Of a DNA stretch of 51,701 nt, positions 1-8,934 are shown in pieces. Positions within the stretch are counted from its first letter, which is position 1; the number at the start of each line of letters is the position of its first letter. The notes beneath the pieces were generated by a model, which was not told the DNA's origin, searched no databases, and worked only from the letters and a program-made list of their open reading frames with translations. A program made the translations under genes and the position numbers. The stretch covers positions 1 through 51,701 of IMG/VR virus record IMGVR_UViG_3300037313_000136; one strand, given 5' to 3'. Origin of the DNA: a virus. Lineage: Duplodnaviria; Caudoviricetes.

Positions 1-127
1 CTGCCTGACGATGCTGACTTGGTTGTGTTCACGGGGTCGTCACACGATATTGACCCTCAGTTGTATGGGCAGCCACCACACAAATCGGTTACTCTCAATC
101 CTGCGCTGGACAAGGCAAATCTATCAT
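1..127. repeat. 127-bp direct repeat of 51575-51701 (circular assembly overlap)
   Basis: Identical sequence at both ends; it falls inside one continuous ORF, and 127 is a common assembler k-mer. Confidence 0.95.
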
Positions 128-672
128 TGTTCAGCTTTTGTAAAAACCGTGGCATTCCAATGTTTGGTGTGTGCGGCGGAGCACAGTTGCTTCACGTAGC
201 AAATGGTGGAGCGTTGTATCAGGACGTGGACGGACATAACTCCGGTCATACGATGTGGGACATTCGAAACAAGGAATTTATCCAGAGCGTTTCTTCAATA
301 CACCATCAGATGTGTATTCCAAACGAGAATATGGAAATTCTTGGCACATCTCACGCAGCCAAGGAACGGTGGCTAAATCCTCTTGAATGTGTGAGAGGGA
401 GTCGTGCAGATGTAGAGGCGTTCTTCTACCGTGAAACCATGTGTCTTGGTGTTCAGGGGCATCCTGAGTATGCAGGATACAACAAATATACGGTGTGGTG
501 CCTCAGGGAAATTGACCGTATGTGTAATGAAAACCCTGATCTCAGTTACAGAGTAAACGATGCAGGTGTAAATCATCTTCGTATTAACGAGGATTTGTTA
601 CAGAAAAGACAGTCAGAGACTATCACTATTCCTTCGGAAGATGTGATTATCGTTGAGCCGATAAAGGAATAA
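1..672 (+). CDS. Class I glutamine amidotransferase / peptidase C26-like protein, 3' part (gene starts at 51218 and wraps)
   Basis: LVVFTGSSHDIDPQLYG, GVCGGAQLLHVANGG (nucleophile Cys), SIHHQ and GVQGHPE (His-x-Glu) motifs. Confidence 0.9.
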   Translation: MPDDADLVVFTGSSHDIDPQLYGQPPHKSVTLNPALDKANLSLFSFCKNRGIPMFGVCGGAQLLHVANGGALYQDVDGHNSGHTMWDIRNKEFIQSVSSIHHQMCIPNENMEILGTSHAAKERWLNPLECVRGSRADVEAFFYRETMCLGVQGHPEYAGYNKYTVWCLREIDRMCNENPDLSYRVNDAGVNHLRINEDLLQKRQSETITIPSEDVIIVEPIKE

Positions 673-677
673 CTAAC

Positions 678-686
678 ATGTGTGGT
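678..686 (+). other. Original start (Met-Cys-Gly) of the class II amidotransferase, separated from its body by the HNH insertion
   Basis: AAAGGA RBS (663-668), then ATG TGT GGT; TGTGGT recurs at 1198-1203, where CGIVGIAG continues. Confidence 0.8.
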
Positions 687-1109
687 TTATTGAGAAGCCT
701 CTATCCAATCTGCAATTCTTCGTAGTTCTTGCGGAGTAGAATTGCCTTTCTTTGAGTTGCAAAGCTTACATATAACTGCAATGTTACCTTTGAAATAGCC
801 CTCTACTGGGTTAATTCTGTCAAGAGTTGGGCTAAAAATCGAACCTCCTTTAGTTCCAATTGCTACTTTCATTTCCGTAAAACAGATGGGACAAATCTTA
901 GGAACAATAATATCTTCCGGGGTTATGTTGTAAGCAACTCTTCGTTGAAGCATTGATCGAAACAATTTTTCATTTACAGGCCTATTTCGTTCGTATTCTT
1001 TAGCATAACTTCTTCGCTTGTCCATATTACGGTGTTTCCAACGTAAGTGAGCAGCTCTTGCCTTTTGTTTTCTTTCTTCTGGCCAATCTCTATAAGAAAG
1101 CTTAGAAAT
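687..1109 (-). CDS. HNH-family homing endonuclease, probable ATT start at 1109
   Basis: CPIC...PTLDRINPVEGYFKGNIAVICKLCNSKK; frame open 28 codons upstream of ATG 1025 to an ATT 7 nt after AAGGAG. Confidence 0.85.
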   Translation of the reverse strand: MSKLSYRDWPEERKQKARAAHLRWKHRNMDKRRSYAKEYERNRPVNEKLFRSMLQRRVAYNITPEDIIVPKICPICFTEMKVAIGTKGGSIFSPTLDRINPVEGYFKGNIAVICKLCNSKKGNSTPQELRRIADWIEASQ

Positions 1110-2388
1110 GTTTGCACTCCTTTCTACTATCTATACACTATTATACCATATTTGTGCGGGATTGTCAAGTGCAAACACATCGCACTTCATTCTTGGCTGT
1201 GGTATTGTAGGAATTGCTGGTGACATCTTCTACAAAGAGGAGCGTACCATGCAGGCTTTGTTCTTGGCGGATTACCTTCGTGGTACCGACTCAACGGGTC
1301 TTGCGGCGGTAAGGAACAATGGTGATGTTAAGATAGCAAAACTAGCCAGCGACCCAATCACTTTGTTCCAAATGACCCAGTTTAAGAATGCTCTTAATGG
1401 CAACAACAGTAAGTTGTTCCTTGGCCATAACCGAGCAAGCACGTCAGGTAGTACAACCAACTACAACGCTCACCCTTATCAGTTTGGTCATATCGTAGGC
1501 GTTCAGAACGGAACGCTTGCGTATGGCGACCAGACAATGCTGGAAGAAATTCTTGATGAGAAGTACGAAGTTGATAGTCAGGCTTTGTTTGCTTGTATTG
1601 CCAAGATCGGTGTGAAAGACACCGTGAGTATGCTCAAGGAAGGTGCCACGTATGATCGTGGCGCTTGGGCATTGGTTTGGTATGACATGAAGGAAGATAC
1701 AATTAACTTCCTTCGTAACAAGCACCGTCCGATGTGGATGGCGTGGGATGAAGGCTTCAAGCGGCTGTTCTTCGCCTCACAGTGGAGGATGCTGGACTAC
1801 GCTAGTGACATGGCCTCTTCTCCGTATAAGTGGGAGATATACGAACGTAAGGAAGAACCCGGCAAGTTCTACAGGTTCTTCCAGCTTCCTGAGAACCAAC
1901 ACTGGAAGTTCAACCTAGATGAAATGAGAAAGGGCAGTAAGTCTAGGCCGAAGCCAATTGTTCGGGAAATCAAGGGAAGGGAGCCTGCACCGGCGGCAAA
2001 GAAGCCGGTGTACGACCCTTTTCCAGTTCGTGGCACTATCCAGACGACTCCTCAACCTTCCTCGACGACGACCTCCCACCTTGGTACTAACAGACGTGGT
2101 GAAAAGTTAATTCACTTCACAGCTACACCAGATGAGCCGTATGCCAATGTTATTGGTATGATGAGGTTCGCAGAACTCACCGGCATGTCTGGAAATGGAA
2201 CTCAAACGGGCTGTTCGTTCTGTTACGCAGATATTCCTTATGGTTCACCGGGGATTACTGTGTATGAGGAACAGGATACAATCTTGTGCAGACATTGTAG
2301 TGGTCACGGCCCCGGTGAGGAGCTACCTGCTGCCAAGGTGTATGTAAGTAGTAAAGACTTTGAAACTCTACAGAAGAAGGCTGCATAA
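1108..2388 (+). CDS. Class II (Ntn) glutamine amidotransferase; mature start Cys at 1198
   Basis: CGIVG, LRGTDSTG, LGHNRAST, NAHPY, GVQNGT and EVDSQ motifs; C-terminal CxxC/CxxC domain. Confidence 0.9.
   Translation: MFALLSTIYTLLYHICAGLSSANTSHFILGCGIVGIAGDIFYKEERTMQALFLADYLRGTDSTGLAAVRNNGDVKIAKLASDPITLFQMTQFKNALNGNNSKLFLGHNRASTSGSTTNYNAHPYQFGHIVGVQNGTLAYGDQTMLEEILDEKYEVDSQALFACIAKIGVKDTVSMLKEGATYDRGAWALVWYDMKEDTINFLRNKHRPMWMAWDEGFKRLFFASQWRMLDYASDMASSPYKWEIYERKEEPGKFYRFFQLPENQHWKFNLDEMRKGSKSRPKPIVREIKGREPAPAAKKPVYDPFPVRGTIQTTPQPSSTTTSHLGTNRRGEKLIHFTATPDEPYANVIGMMRFAELTGMSGNGTQTGCSFCYADIPYGSPGITVYEEQDTILCRHCSGHGPGEELPAAKVYVSSKDFETLQKKAA
1140..1168 (-). promoter_or_regulatory. Consensus sigma70 promoter for the HNH gene
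   Basis: TTGACA-atcccgcacaaatatgg(17)-TATAAT with extended -10 TG. Confidence 0.85.
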
Positions 2389-2390
2389 CA

Positions 2391-3488
2391 ATGCCAACGC
2401 TTTATAATCCTGAAGTCTCTGCTTTTGGGCAATACACACCCAATTTCATTGTTGGTAATCCTCAGCATATCGCTGAAATAATGCTGCATCCATACAATGA
2501 ATCTGCGCTTAATTCTTGGCGCGCTCTAGGGCTGTATCCTGATGTGATAGCCATTATAGATAACACCAACAAGGGTGAGGCGGCACAGGTGAAAATGGCT
2601 AAGAGAGCTAGGACTGTCAAAGAAAACAAACCCGGTAAAATCCTTGAAGGGTTTACGTTGGGAGCTGACCCGGAATTGTTCGTGGTTGATACCGATGGAG
2701 TACCGGTCTGCGCGGATATGATACCCGGCACCAAGGATGAACCTTACAAGGTAGAATTTGGTGCAGTTCAGCGTGACGGTTTCGCCGCTGAATACAATAT
2801 TGACCCCTGTTCCACATTTGAGGAGTGGAACCGCAACCACAAGGCGGTTCAGGGGCAGCTACAAGACATGTTGCCGAAGGGCTTTAAGCTGGTGGCAACC
2901 CCGGCAGTTCGCTTCTCCCCGGAAGTCTTTGATGCTGCCCCTGACATGGCAAAGGAGTTGGGTTGTCAGCCTGACTGGAATGCGTGGGAGGCTGCGCTCA
3001 ATCCTCCACCACGTTTGCCCGATGATCCTCGTCTTAGGTGTACTGGTGGCCACATTCACGCTGGATGGTTGCCGAAGGGCGAAGAGGGTTACGATGTACA
3101 CGACACTCAGCACATGATGAATTGTTTTGATCTGACCAAACAGTTTGATTGGTTCCTTGGTACTTGGTCACTCAAGCATGACAAGGACGTGGAGCGTCGT
3201 CGTCTCTACGGTAAGGCCGGTTCGTGCCGAATAAAACCTTATGGTGTTGAGTATAGGGTTCTATCCAGTTTTTGGGTACTCGAAAAAGAACTGAGACTTG
3301 AGGTGTGGAACCGAGCTTGTCTCGCCATTACCTGCATGTCGAAGTACTTCTTGCCCGAACAAATCTCACCGGGGTTTAGTGATATTCTCCGAAGCTCCAT
3401 CAACAATGGACATTTGGACAGTAGCATAACATCTAATGTTAAGTTCCCCGTTAGCACTCTAACCCCTCCATTTTCTATGGCCGCCTGA
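2391..3488 (+). CDS. phiEco32-like COOH-NH2 ligase type 2
   Basis: TLGADPELF, VQRDGFAAEYNIDP, LGCQPDWNAW, GGHIH, RRLYGKAG and YGVEYRVLS; an alternative start near 2594 is possible. Confidence 0.88.
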   Translation: MPTLYNPEVSAFGQYTPNFIVGNPQHIAEIMLHPYNESALNSWRALGLYPDVIAIIDNTNKGEAAQVKMAKRARTVKENKPGKILEGFTLGADPELFVVDTDGVPVCADMIPGTKDEPYKVEFGAVQRDGFAAEYNIDPCSTFEEWNRNHKAVQGQLQDMLPKGFKLVATPAVRFSPEVFDAAPDMAKELGCQPDWNAWEAALNPPPRLPDDPRLRCTGGHIHAGWLPKGEEGYDVHDTQHMMNCFDLTKQFDWFLGTWSLKHDKDVERRRLYGKAGSCRIKPYGVEYRVLSSFWVLEKELRLEVWNRACLAITCMSKYFLPEQISPGFSDILRSSINNGHLDSSITSNVKFPVSTLTPPFSMAA

Positions 3489-3495
3489 GGTTAAT

Positions 3496-4257
3496 ATGGA
3501 ATACAAGAATTTCTTCGAGAACCAGAAAGAAGCAGCGATGCGTCTTCAGCAAACTGTCGTCCTGTACGATGGTTCGCCTGTGGAGATTGTGTGTGTTGCC
3601 GATCATCCTGATGGGATACTCAGGGCTTACATCAGACCCACAGGATATACACCTGCCGAGTTTGATAGTATGCCGAAGCCTTCTTCGTCGCACATGGCGA
3701 ACGCCGCGTACACTTCTAGTTTGGCTACATACATGGACACGTTCATCCAAGATAATCCCGGTTGTGGTATTATTCGCAAACATCTGAACTCACCACTGTT
3801 CAACAAGTTCAGGCCGTTTGAACTTGGAATGTACTGGAACCCGCCACATGTATATTATGTGGAGAGACAGCCTAATCGCCGAGTGGAGCAGGGCCTAATC
3901 AAACCCATGATCGTAGCCACGAAGCTTACACCAATTCCTGAGAAGGGTGAGAACGTCAGTGGTGACGTTGACTTATTTGGTCCTGAGATGAAGCGGTGCA
4001 TCATTGGTGAGCATCCAAGTCCCAAGCGGTGTTTGGAAGCTATCCATGATGATAGGCTTGACTGTAAGGCCGCAGCATTTGATCGCCACTTCGCATTGGT
4101 TCGTGGTCCAATCGGAACTCTGTTCCTTGCATACAAGAACAATGTGATTGGTCAGTTACCCAATGGTGACTATGACAAGGTTAAGCTAGGAAAAGCCTAC
4201 ACCTATTGTAAAGAGGCAGTTGCCGATTTACATCTATTTAACAATATCATTAGCTAA
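3496..4257 (+). CDS. Hypothetical protein of the amidoligase cluster
   Basis: 253-aa ORF with GAGG RBS between the two ligase genes. Confidence 0.8.
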   Translation: MEYKNFFENQKEAAMRLQQTVVLYDGSPVEIVCVADHPDGILRAYIRPTGYTPAEFDSMPKPSSSHMANAAYTSSLATYMDTFIQDNPGCGIIRKHLNSPLFNKFRPFELGMYWNPPHVYYVERQPNRRVEQGLIKPMIVATKLTPIPEKGENVSGDVDLFGPEMKRCIIGEHPSPKRCLEAIHDDRLDCKAAAFDRHFALVRGPIGTLFLAYKNNVIGQLPNGDYDKVKLGKAYTYCKEAVADLHLFNNIIS

Positions 4258-4278
4258 GAAAGGACAAAGGTTGTTGAA

Positions 4279-5349
4279 ATGCGGGAACCATTCGTAGAAA
4301 AGGTTACAAGGCAGAAACCGGGTTTCAACGTTGGAGTTATTCTTGGTTCCAAGACGCCACAGAAGGGTAAAGTTGGAATTGAAATCGAGCTAGAGGGAAA
4401 GAATTTTCTCTATCACGAAAACGTTCCGGCTCCTTGGGTGTACAAGGAAGATGGGTCACTTCGCGGGGAAGAGAGTGCCGAGTACGTCTTGAAGAACCCC
4501 ATCGAGTTCAATGAGGTTGAGAAGGTTCTCAAAACCTTGTTTGACAAACTTGCCGAGAAGAAGGCAAAGTTTGACGACAGCAACAGGACAAGCATCCACG
4601 TACACCTGAACTGTCAGGAATTCTATCTCAACAGGCTCGCAGCTTTCATGGGTCTGTGGTTCTGCCTAGAGGAAATTCTGACCCAGTGGTGTGGTGAGCA
4701 TCGTGTTGGCAACCTGTTCTGCCTGAGGAGCCGCGATGCAACAGCAATCATCTCACAGTTACGGAAGTTTCTCAAGTCTGATGGCAAGTTCGAGCTATCA
4801 GACAATCTCCACTATGCTGGCCTTAACGCCAACGCACTACGCAAGTTTGGCTCGTTGGAAATCAGGACGATGCGGGGAGTATCCGATCCCGATGTAATCA
4901 AGGATTGGGTGGAAATACTTCAACGTCTGTATGAATATTCAGCTGAGTTCAATGATCCTCGCAATGTATGTAGCTTGTTCTCAGGCCACGGACCATTACA
5001 GTACTTCTATGAAGTTCTTGGTGACAAGGCTTCGTGTGTTCGGGCTGGTGTGAACTGGACCGATGAAGAAATCAGAGCAAGCATGTATCGTGGTATCCGT
5101 CTCGCTCAGGATATTTGCTATTGCCGAGATTGGGACTTGTATCGTCCTCAGAGTTTGAAGCCTGACCCATTCAAGCGAGATATGAAGAAGGTTGCCAAGA
5201 AGGTTATTGGGTTTGACTATGAAGATAACCCTAGTCCATTCTCTATGGAAGCATTTCAGCAATACATACAAGGAGCAACAGCAGGGACAGTATATGTTAG
5301 CGGGTCTGATCCTTGGAATAATAGTGTTTCTTTTGATTTACCAAACTAA
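4279..5349 (+). CDS. Putative amidoligase (COOH-NH2 ligase)
   Basis: GIEIELEG, EDGSLRG, EYVL, TSIHVHLN, YAGLN and GSLEIR. Confidence 0.88.
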   Translation: MREPFVEKVTRQKPGFNVGVILGSKTPQKGKVGIEIELEGKNFLYHENVPAPWVYKEDGSLRGEESAEYVLKNPIEFNEVEKVLKTLFDKLAEKKAKFDDSNRTSIHVHLNCQEFYLNRLAAFMGLWFCLEEILTQWCGEHRVGNLFCLRSRDATAIISQLRKFLKSDGKFELSDNLHYAGLNANALRKFGSLEIRTMRGVSDPDVIKDWVEILQRLYEYSAEFNDPRNVCSLFSGHGPLQYFYEVLGDKASCVRAGVNWTDEEIRASMYRGIRLAQDICYCRDWDLYRPQSLKPDPFKRDMKKVAKKVIGFDYEDNPSPFSMEAFQQYIQGATAGTVYVSGSDPWNNSVSFDLPN

Positions 5350-5364
5350 GAAGGAGAAGTAAAC

Positions 5365-6336
5365 GTGACCACAACTAAGTATTTTGTTTATCCGTACACC
5401 ACCATGTCTGCCAGTTCCATTGTTCTTGCTGAGGAACTGGATGCTAAACGCATCAAGCTGAACCACAGTAATTACCATCACAAGCCAGAGAATGTGATTG
5501 TGAACTGGGGTAACAGTGGGTGTCCGTATCCACAGGCACTTAATCCTGCTGATGCAATTTCGGATATTATCAACAAGGTGAAGTTCTTCCAGAAAACGGC
5601 AGGACTTGCTTGTGTTCCGAAGTTCGCCACGACCAAGGCACAGGCAGCCAATCTATCATTTCCGGTGGTGTGTCGTACGGATATTGTTGGAGCTGATGGG
5701 GAAGGCATTAAAATAGCTGAAACACTCGCTCAGTTGCCTTCTTGCAGCTTGTACACTGAGTATATGGACAAGACCAGTGAGTATCGTATTCACCTCGGGC
5801 GGCTGCCTAACGGTGAAGTGACGGTGATCGCTCGTCAGAAGAAGCACAAGTCTGCTGCATTCACTGGCGATCAGCGTATCTGGACGGGATCGGAAACGAA
5901 GCTTGAGTGGATTGACACGGCAGTTTCTCAGGTAGTGTACGCTGCCAAGGAAGTGTTCGCTAAGTTCCCCGGACTTACGTTCGGTGCTTTCGATATTGTT
6001 TACAACAACAGTACGGAGAAGGCCTATGTCCTTGAGATTAACTCGGCCCCGATGCTCACAGCAAAGACGGCTGAGGCGTATGCTACATTCTTCAAGAACT
6101 ACAAAGGAGCAGAAAGTCCGACTATGGAAACAATTGTTGCACCGCCGCAGAGTGAGACTGTTACTAGCAGTCCAACCCCGAACCCCGCTCCGGCAAGTTC
6201 GACGGGTCTGTATGGGTTTGTGAAGAACCAACTTGCTCAGGGCCACATCACCAAGGCTCAGCTTGAGCAGTACACTCCACCAATTACAGAGGAGATTTTG
6301 ATTGGCAACTACATCAACGCGATTACCGCAGCATAA
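5365..6336 (+). CDS. ATP-grasp peptide ligase (RimK/glutathione synthetase-like)
   Basis: IVNWG, FPVVCR, EYRIH, FGAFDIV and VLEINSAP. Confidence 0.88.
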   Translation: MTTTKYFVYPYTTMSASSIVLAEELDAKRIKLNHSNYHHKPENVIVNWGNSGCPYPQALNPADAISDIINKVKFFQKTAGLACVPKFATTKAQAANLSFPVVCRTDIVGADGEGIKIAETLAQLPSCSLYTEYMDKTSEYRIHLGRLPNGEVTVIARQKKHKSAAFTGDQRIWTGSETKLEWIDTAVSQVVYAAKEVFAKFPGLTFGAFDIVYNNSTEKAYVLEINSAPMLTAKTAEAYATFFKNYKGAESPTMETIVAPPQSETVTSSPTPNPAPASSTGLYGFVKNQLAQGHITKAQLEQYTPPITEEILIGNYINAITAA

Positions 6337-6547
6337 TAATCCCTATGTAATAGATATGCAAGTAGTTAAGGCGTTGAATATCCTAATTATGCACAGTGAC
6401 CGTCTTCGCAGTGTTCAACACGGTGATTTGGTCAATGACAAAGATTATATACTTCGCCTATATAATAATTAACTCGTCGTGAGACGATTACCGGAAGATC
6501 GGGTGCGTGCGACACCCACTTCCACTTTTCCCGTAGAAGGAACGTAA

Positions 6548-6751
6548 ATGCGTTGTAACATATGCGATAGCCTGCTGTCGCAACCCCGATATAATAGAGA
6601 ACTAGAAGCGTGGGAACCATGTGATACTTGCATGGAAGTTATCCAAGAATGTCTAAATGACCTTAAGGATAACGCGGTCTTTGTCGAAGACGACGAGTTT
6701 GCCGCCATTGATGAAGCAGGAATTCCCCTACCAATTGAAGAAAGTACTTGA
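6548..6751 (+). CDS. Small CxxC-CxxC protein with acidic tail
   Basis: AAGGA RBS; CNIC and CDTC. Confidence 0.7.
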   Translation: MRCNICDSLLSQPRYNRELEAWEPCDTCMEVIQECLNDLKDNAVFVEDDEFAAIDEAGIPLPIEEST

Positions 6752-6776
6752 CAAGCCATACTAGTTATGGTATAAT
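6748..6776 (+). promoter_or_regulatory. Consensus sigma70 promoter upstream of primase/polymerase
   Basis: TTGACA-agccatactagttatgg(17)-TATAAT. Confidence 0.88.
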
Positions 6777-6894
6777 GCAATATAAGGTCGATAGCCTCCC
6801 TACTACAGACTAAGGAACTGTAGAGTTTAAGGGGGGTTTGGGGGGATGACCTCCTTTATATCCTATAAGATAATAATAAACAAGGATATTATCC

Positions 6895-7068
6895 ATGCCT
6901 AATCCTAATGAACTAGCTCGTATTGAAGATGAACTTCGATACTGGAAGAATAACCTGAAACATCACATTGGTTCTAAGAGTACGAAGGAGTACATTCTTC
7001 GTCAGATCAGACAATGTGAAGCTACTCTCGGTATAGAAAGTAAACCGTACAATTCAAACGAATTCTAG
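6895..7068 (+). CDS. Hypothetical protein (57 aa)
   Basis: AAGGA RBS, ATG, MPNPNELARIEDELRYW...; first ORF after the promoter. Confidence 0.65.
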   Translation: MPNPNELARIEDELRYWKNNLKHHIGSKSTKEYILRQIRQCEATLGIESKPYNSNEF

Positions 7069-8713
7069 TCACCTTCCATGTCCCAGTCCAGACTGTACTA
7101 GTTCTGATGGATATTCCGTCGATCCTAAGACTGGGTGGGGTCGATGCTTCGTCTGTAATTATAAGGTACCACCAAATGGCCGATCAGCTAATACAACCCT
7201 TAGTGGTAATGTTCTTAATAGTAGTGATTTTCCTAGGAGCAGTGTGTCTAGTAATCAACTAACTCCACTAACTACAGTATTCCGAGACATTGACCACCGA
7301 AAGATCAGTAAGGCTGCTTGTCAGAAGTACGGTATTGATGTTGTACTAAATGATCCTGTGATTGAAGCACGATTTCCGTACTTCATTAAAGGCAAACATG
7401 TAGTTAATAAAGTTCGAACTAAGAATAAGAAATTCTGGCAAGAAGGTTCTGAAGAAGATAAAAAGAAGGTAGAGCTATATGGCCAGCAACTCTTTGCTGA
7501 AGGTAGTGCAAAGGCTATCACAGTCGTCGAGGGGGAGTATGATGCTCCTTGTGCTTGGACTATGCTCGGTAGTCGTTATCCAGTGGTTAGTGTTGCTAGC
7601 GCTGGCACTGCTGTTAGAGACATTCAAAATAATTATGAATACCTTGATAGTTTTGAGCGGATAAATCTCTGCTTCGATGCAGATGAGGCGGGACAAAAGA
7701 TTTCCAAGGAAGTAGCGGAGCTATTCAAACCCGGCAAGTGTCGGATTATGCAGCTTACCGAAGGTAAGGATGCTAATGCTTATCTGTACGCTGACAAGCA
7801 GAAGGAATTTATTGATGCGTGGCACAGAGCAGTTCCGTTCATGCCGGATGGACTCAAAATCGGCACGGACATGTGGGACGAAATCATCAACCGTCCCCAA
7901 CACTACCAAGTTAATTACCCCTTCTCGGGACTTAACCGCCTCACATACGGGATACGACTCAGCGAGATGGTCGTGGTTACTGCGGAAACTGGGATCGGTA
8001 AGACTTCAATTCTTAAAGAGATCGAATACTCTTTACTTGCCAATCCTGATCTAAAGGAAAAGAACTATGGCGTCGGTTTCATCCACCTTGAAGAACCGAA
8101 CTATGATACCGCTCTCGGTCTTATGTCTATTCACGCCAATAAGCCTTTCTATCTTCCTGACACCGAGCGAACTGAGGATGAGCTGCGACAAGCCTACGAT
8201 GGCTGTATTAACTCTAGTCGGGTGGTTATTTGGGACCATTTCGGCAGCAACTCTGTCGAGGCAGTCCTCAACAAGATTAGGCACATGCACGCTCTTGGTT
8301 GTAAGTACATTGTTCTGGATCACCTTAGCATCGTTGTCAGCGATCAATCTGGTGATGAACGTAAGCAGCTAGACGAGATTGCCACTAAAGCCAAAACACT
8401 TTGTATGAACCTCAATATCGCCCTTATCTGTGTAATTCACCAGAACAGGCAGGGGCAGATTAGAGGTACTGCTGGTGTTGAGCAGTTGGCCAACATTGTA
8501 ATCAAGCTTTATAGGGACAATACAGATGTTAACGAATGGCGTAGGAACGTTACCAAAGTCGTGGTTGAAAAGAACCGTTTTTGCGGTCGTACTGGCCCTG
8601 CTTGCTACCTCTTCTGGAACGGCATCACCGGTCGTCTCGAAGAACTGGACATGGAACAAATCCAGAAGTACGAGGATGGAGAAAGTATCTCTGACGATCA
8701 AGTGGCCTTCTAA
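7052..8713 (+). CDS. T7 gp4-like primase-helicase with N-terminal Zn-binding domain (probable ATT start)
   Basis: HLPCPSPDCTSSDG...CFVC in frame upstream of GTG 7244; TOPRIM VVEGEYD and CFDADEAG; Walker A AETGIGKT, LDHLSI and KNRFCGRTG. Confidence 0.92.
   Translation: MQTNSSHLPCPSPDCTSSDGYSVDPKTGWGRCFVCNYKVPPNGRSANTTLSGNVLNSSDFPRSSVSSNQLTPLTTVFRDIDHRKISKAACQKYGIDVVLNDPVIEARFPYFIKGKHVVNKVRTKNKKFWQEGSEEDKKKVELYGQQLFAEGSAKAITVVEGEYDAPCAWTMLGSRYPVVSVASAGTAVRDIQNNYEYLDSFERINLCFDADEAGQKISKEVAELFKPGKCRIMQLTEGKDANAYLYADKQKEFIDAWHRAVPFMPDGLKIGTDMWDEIINRPQHYQVNYPFSGLNRLTYGIRLSEMVVVTAETGIGKTSILKEIEYSLLANPDLKEKNYGVGFIHLEEPNYDTALGLMSIHANKPFYLPDTERTEDELRQAYDGCINSSRVVIWDHFGSNSVEAVLNKIRHMHALGCKYIVLDHLSIVVSDQSGDERKQLDEIATKAKTLCMNLNIALICVIHQNRQGQIRGTAGVEQLANIVIKLYRDNTDVNEWRRNVTKVVVEKNRFCGRTGPACYLFWNGITGRLEELDMEQIQKYEDGESISDDQVAF
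7176..7262 (+). CDS. Candidate 28-aa single-pass membrane peptide nested in the primase linker
   Basis: TAAGGT RBS; MADQLIQPLVVMFLIVVIFLGAVCLVIN. Confidence 0.4.
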   Translation: MADQLIQPLVVMFLIVVIFLGAVCLVIN

Positions 8714-8775
8714 ATATTATCATGATGCCATGACACCTGCTCAAAGGTTAGAACTTCTATTTGAATTGGTGACTT

Positions 8776-8934
8776 ATGCTTGAAGTCCTCACAGATGAAC
8801 AGATCAATCAACTAATATCAGACCATTGGAGGGAGATACGAGGATTACTGAGAGAGAAGAAAAGGAGGCAGATTGTACCTAACACCGACGAAGAACCATT
8901 GGATACTGGACACGGAGACGGATGGGCTGCGTGA
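8776..8934 (+). CDS. Hypothetical protein (52 aa)
   Basis: GGTGA RBS and ATG; fills the gap between helicase and polymerase. Confidence 0.5.
   Translation: MLEVLTDEQINQLISDHWREIRGLLREKKRRQIVPNTDEEPLDTGHGDGWAA

Larger units (their letters stand above)
687..1203 (-). mobile_element. Free-standing HNH endonuclease cassette (ORF, own promoter, RBS hairpin) flanked by TGTGGT direct repeat
   Basis: 517-nt insert between codon 3 and codon 4 of an MCG-IVG amidotransferase start. Confidence 0.75.

Noticed and set aside
1152-1166. TTG TGC GGG ATT GTC (M-C-G-I-V) as an alternative amidotransferase start
   Set aside because: Out of frame with the gene body, no RBS, and explained in part by the antisense -35 box; it would need an unsupported frameshift
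687-1203. Group I or group II intron
   Set aside because: About 420 of 517 nt are antisense ORF and the rest is promoter and hairpin; no P7-type core or domain V is visible
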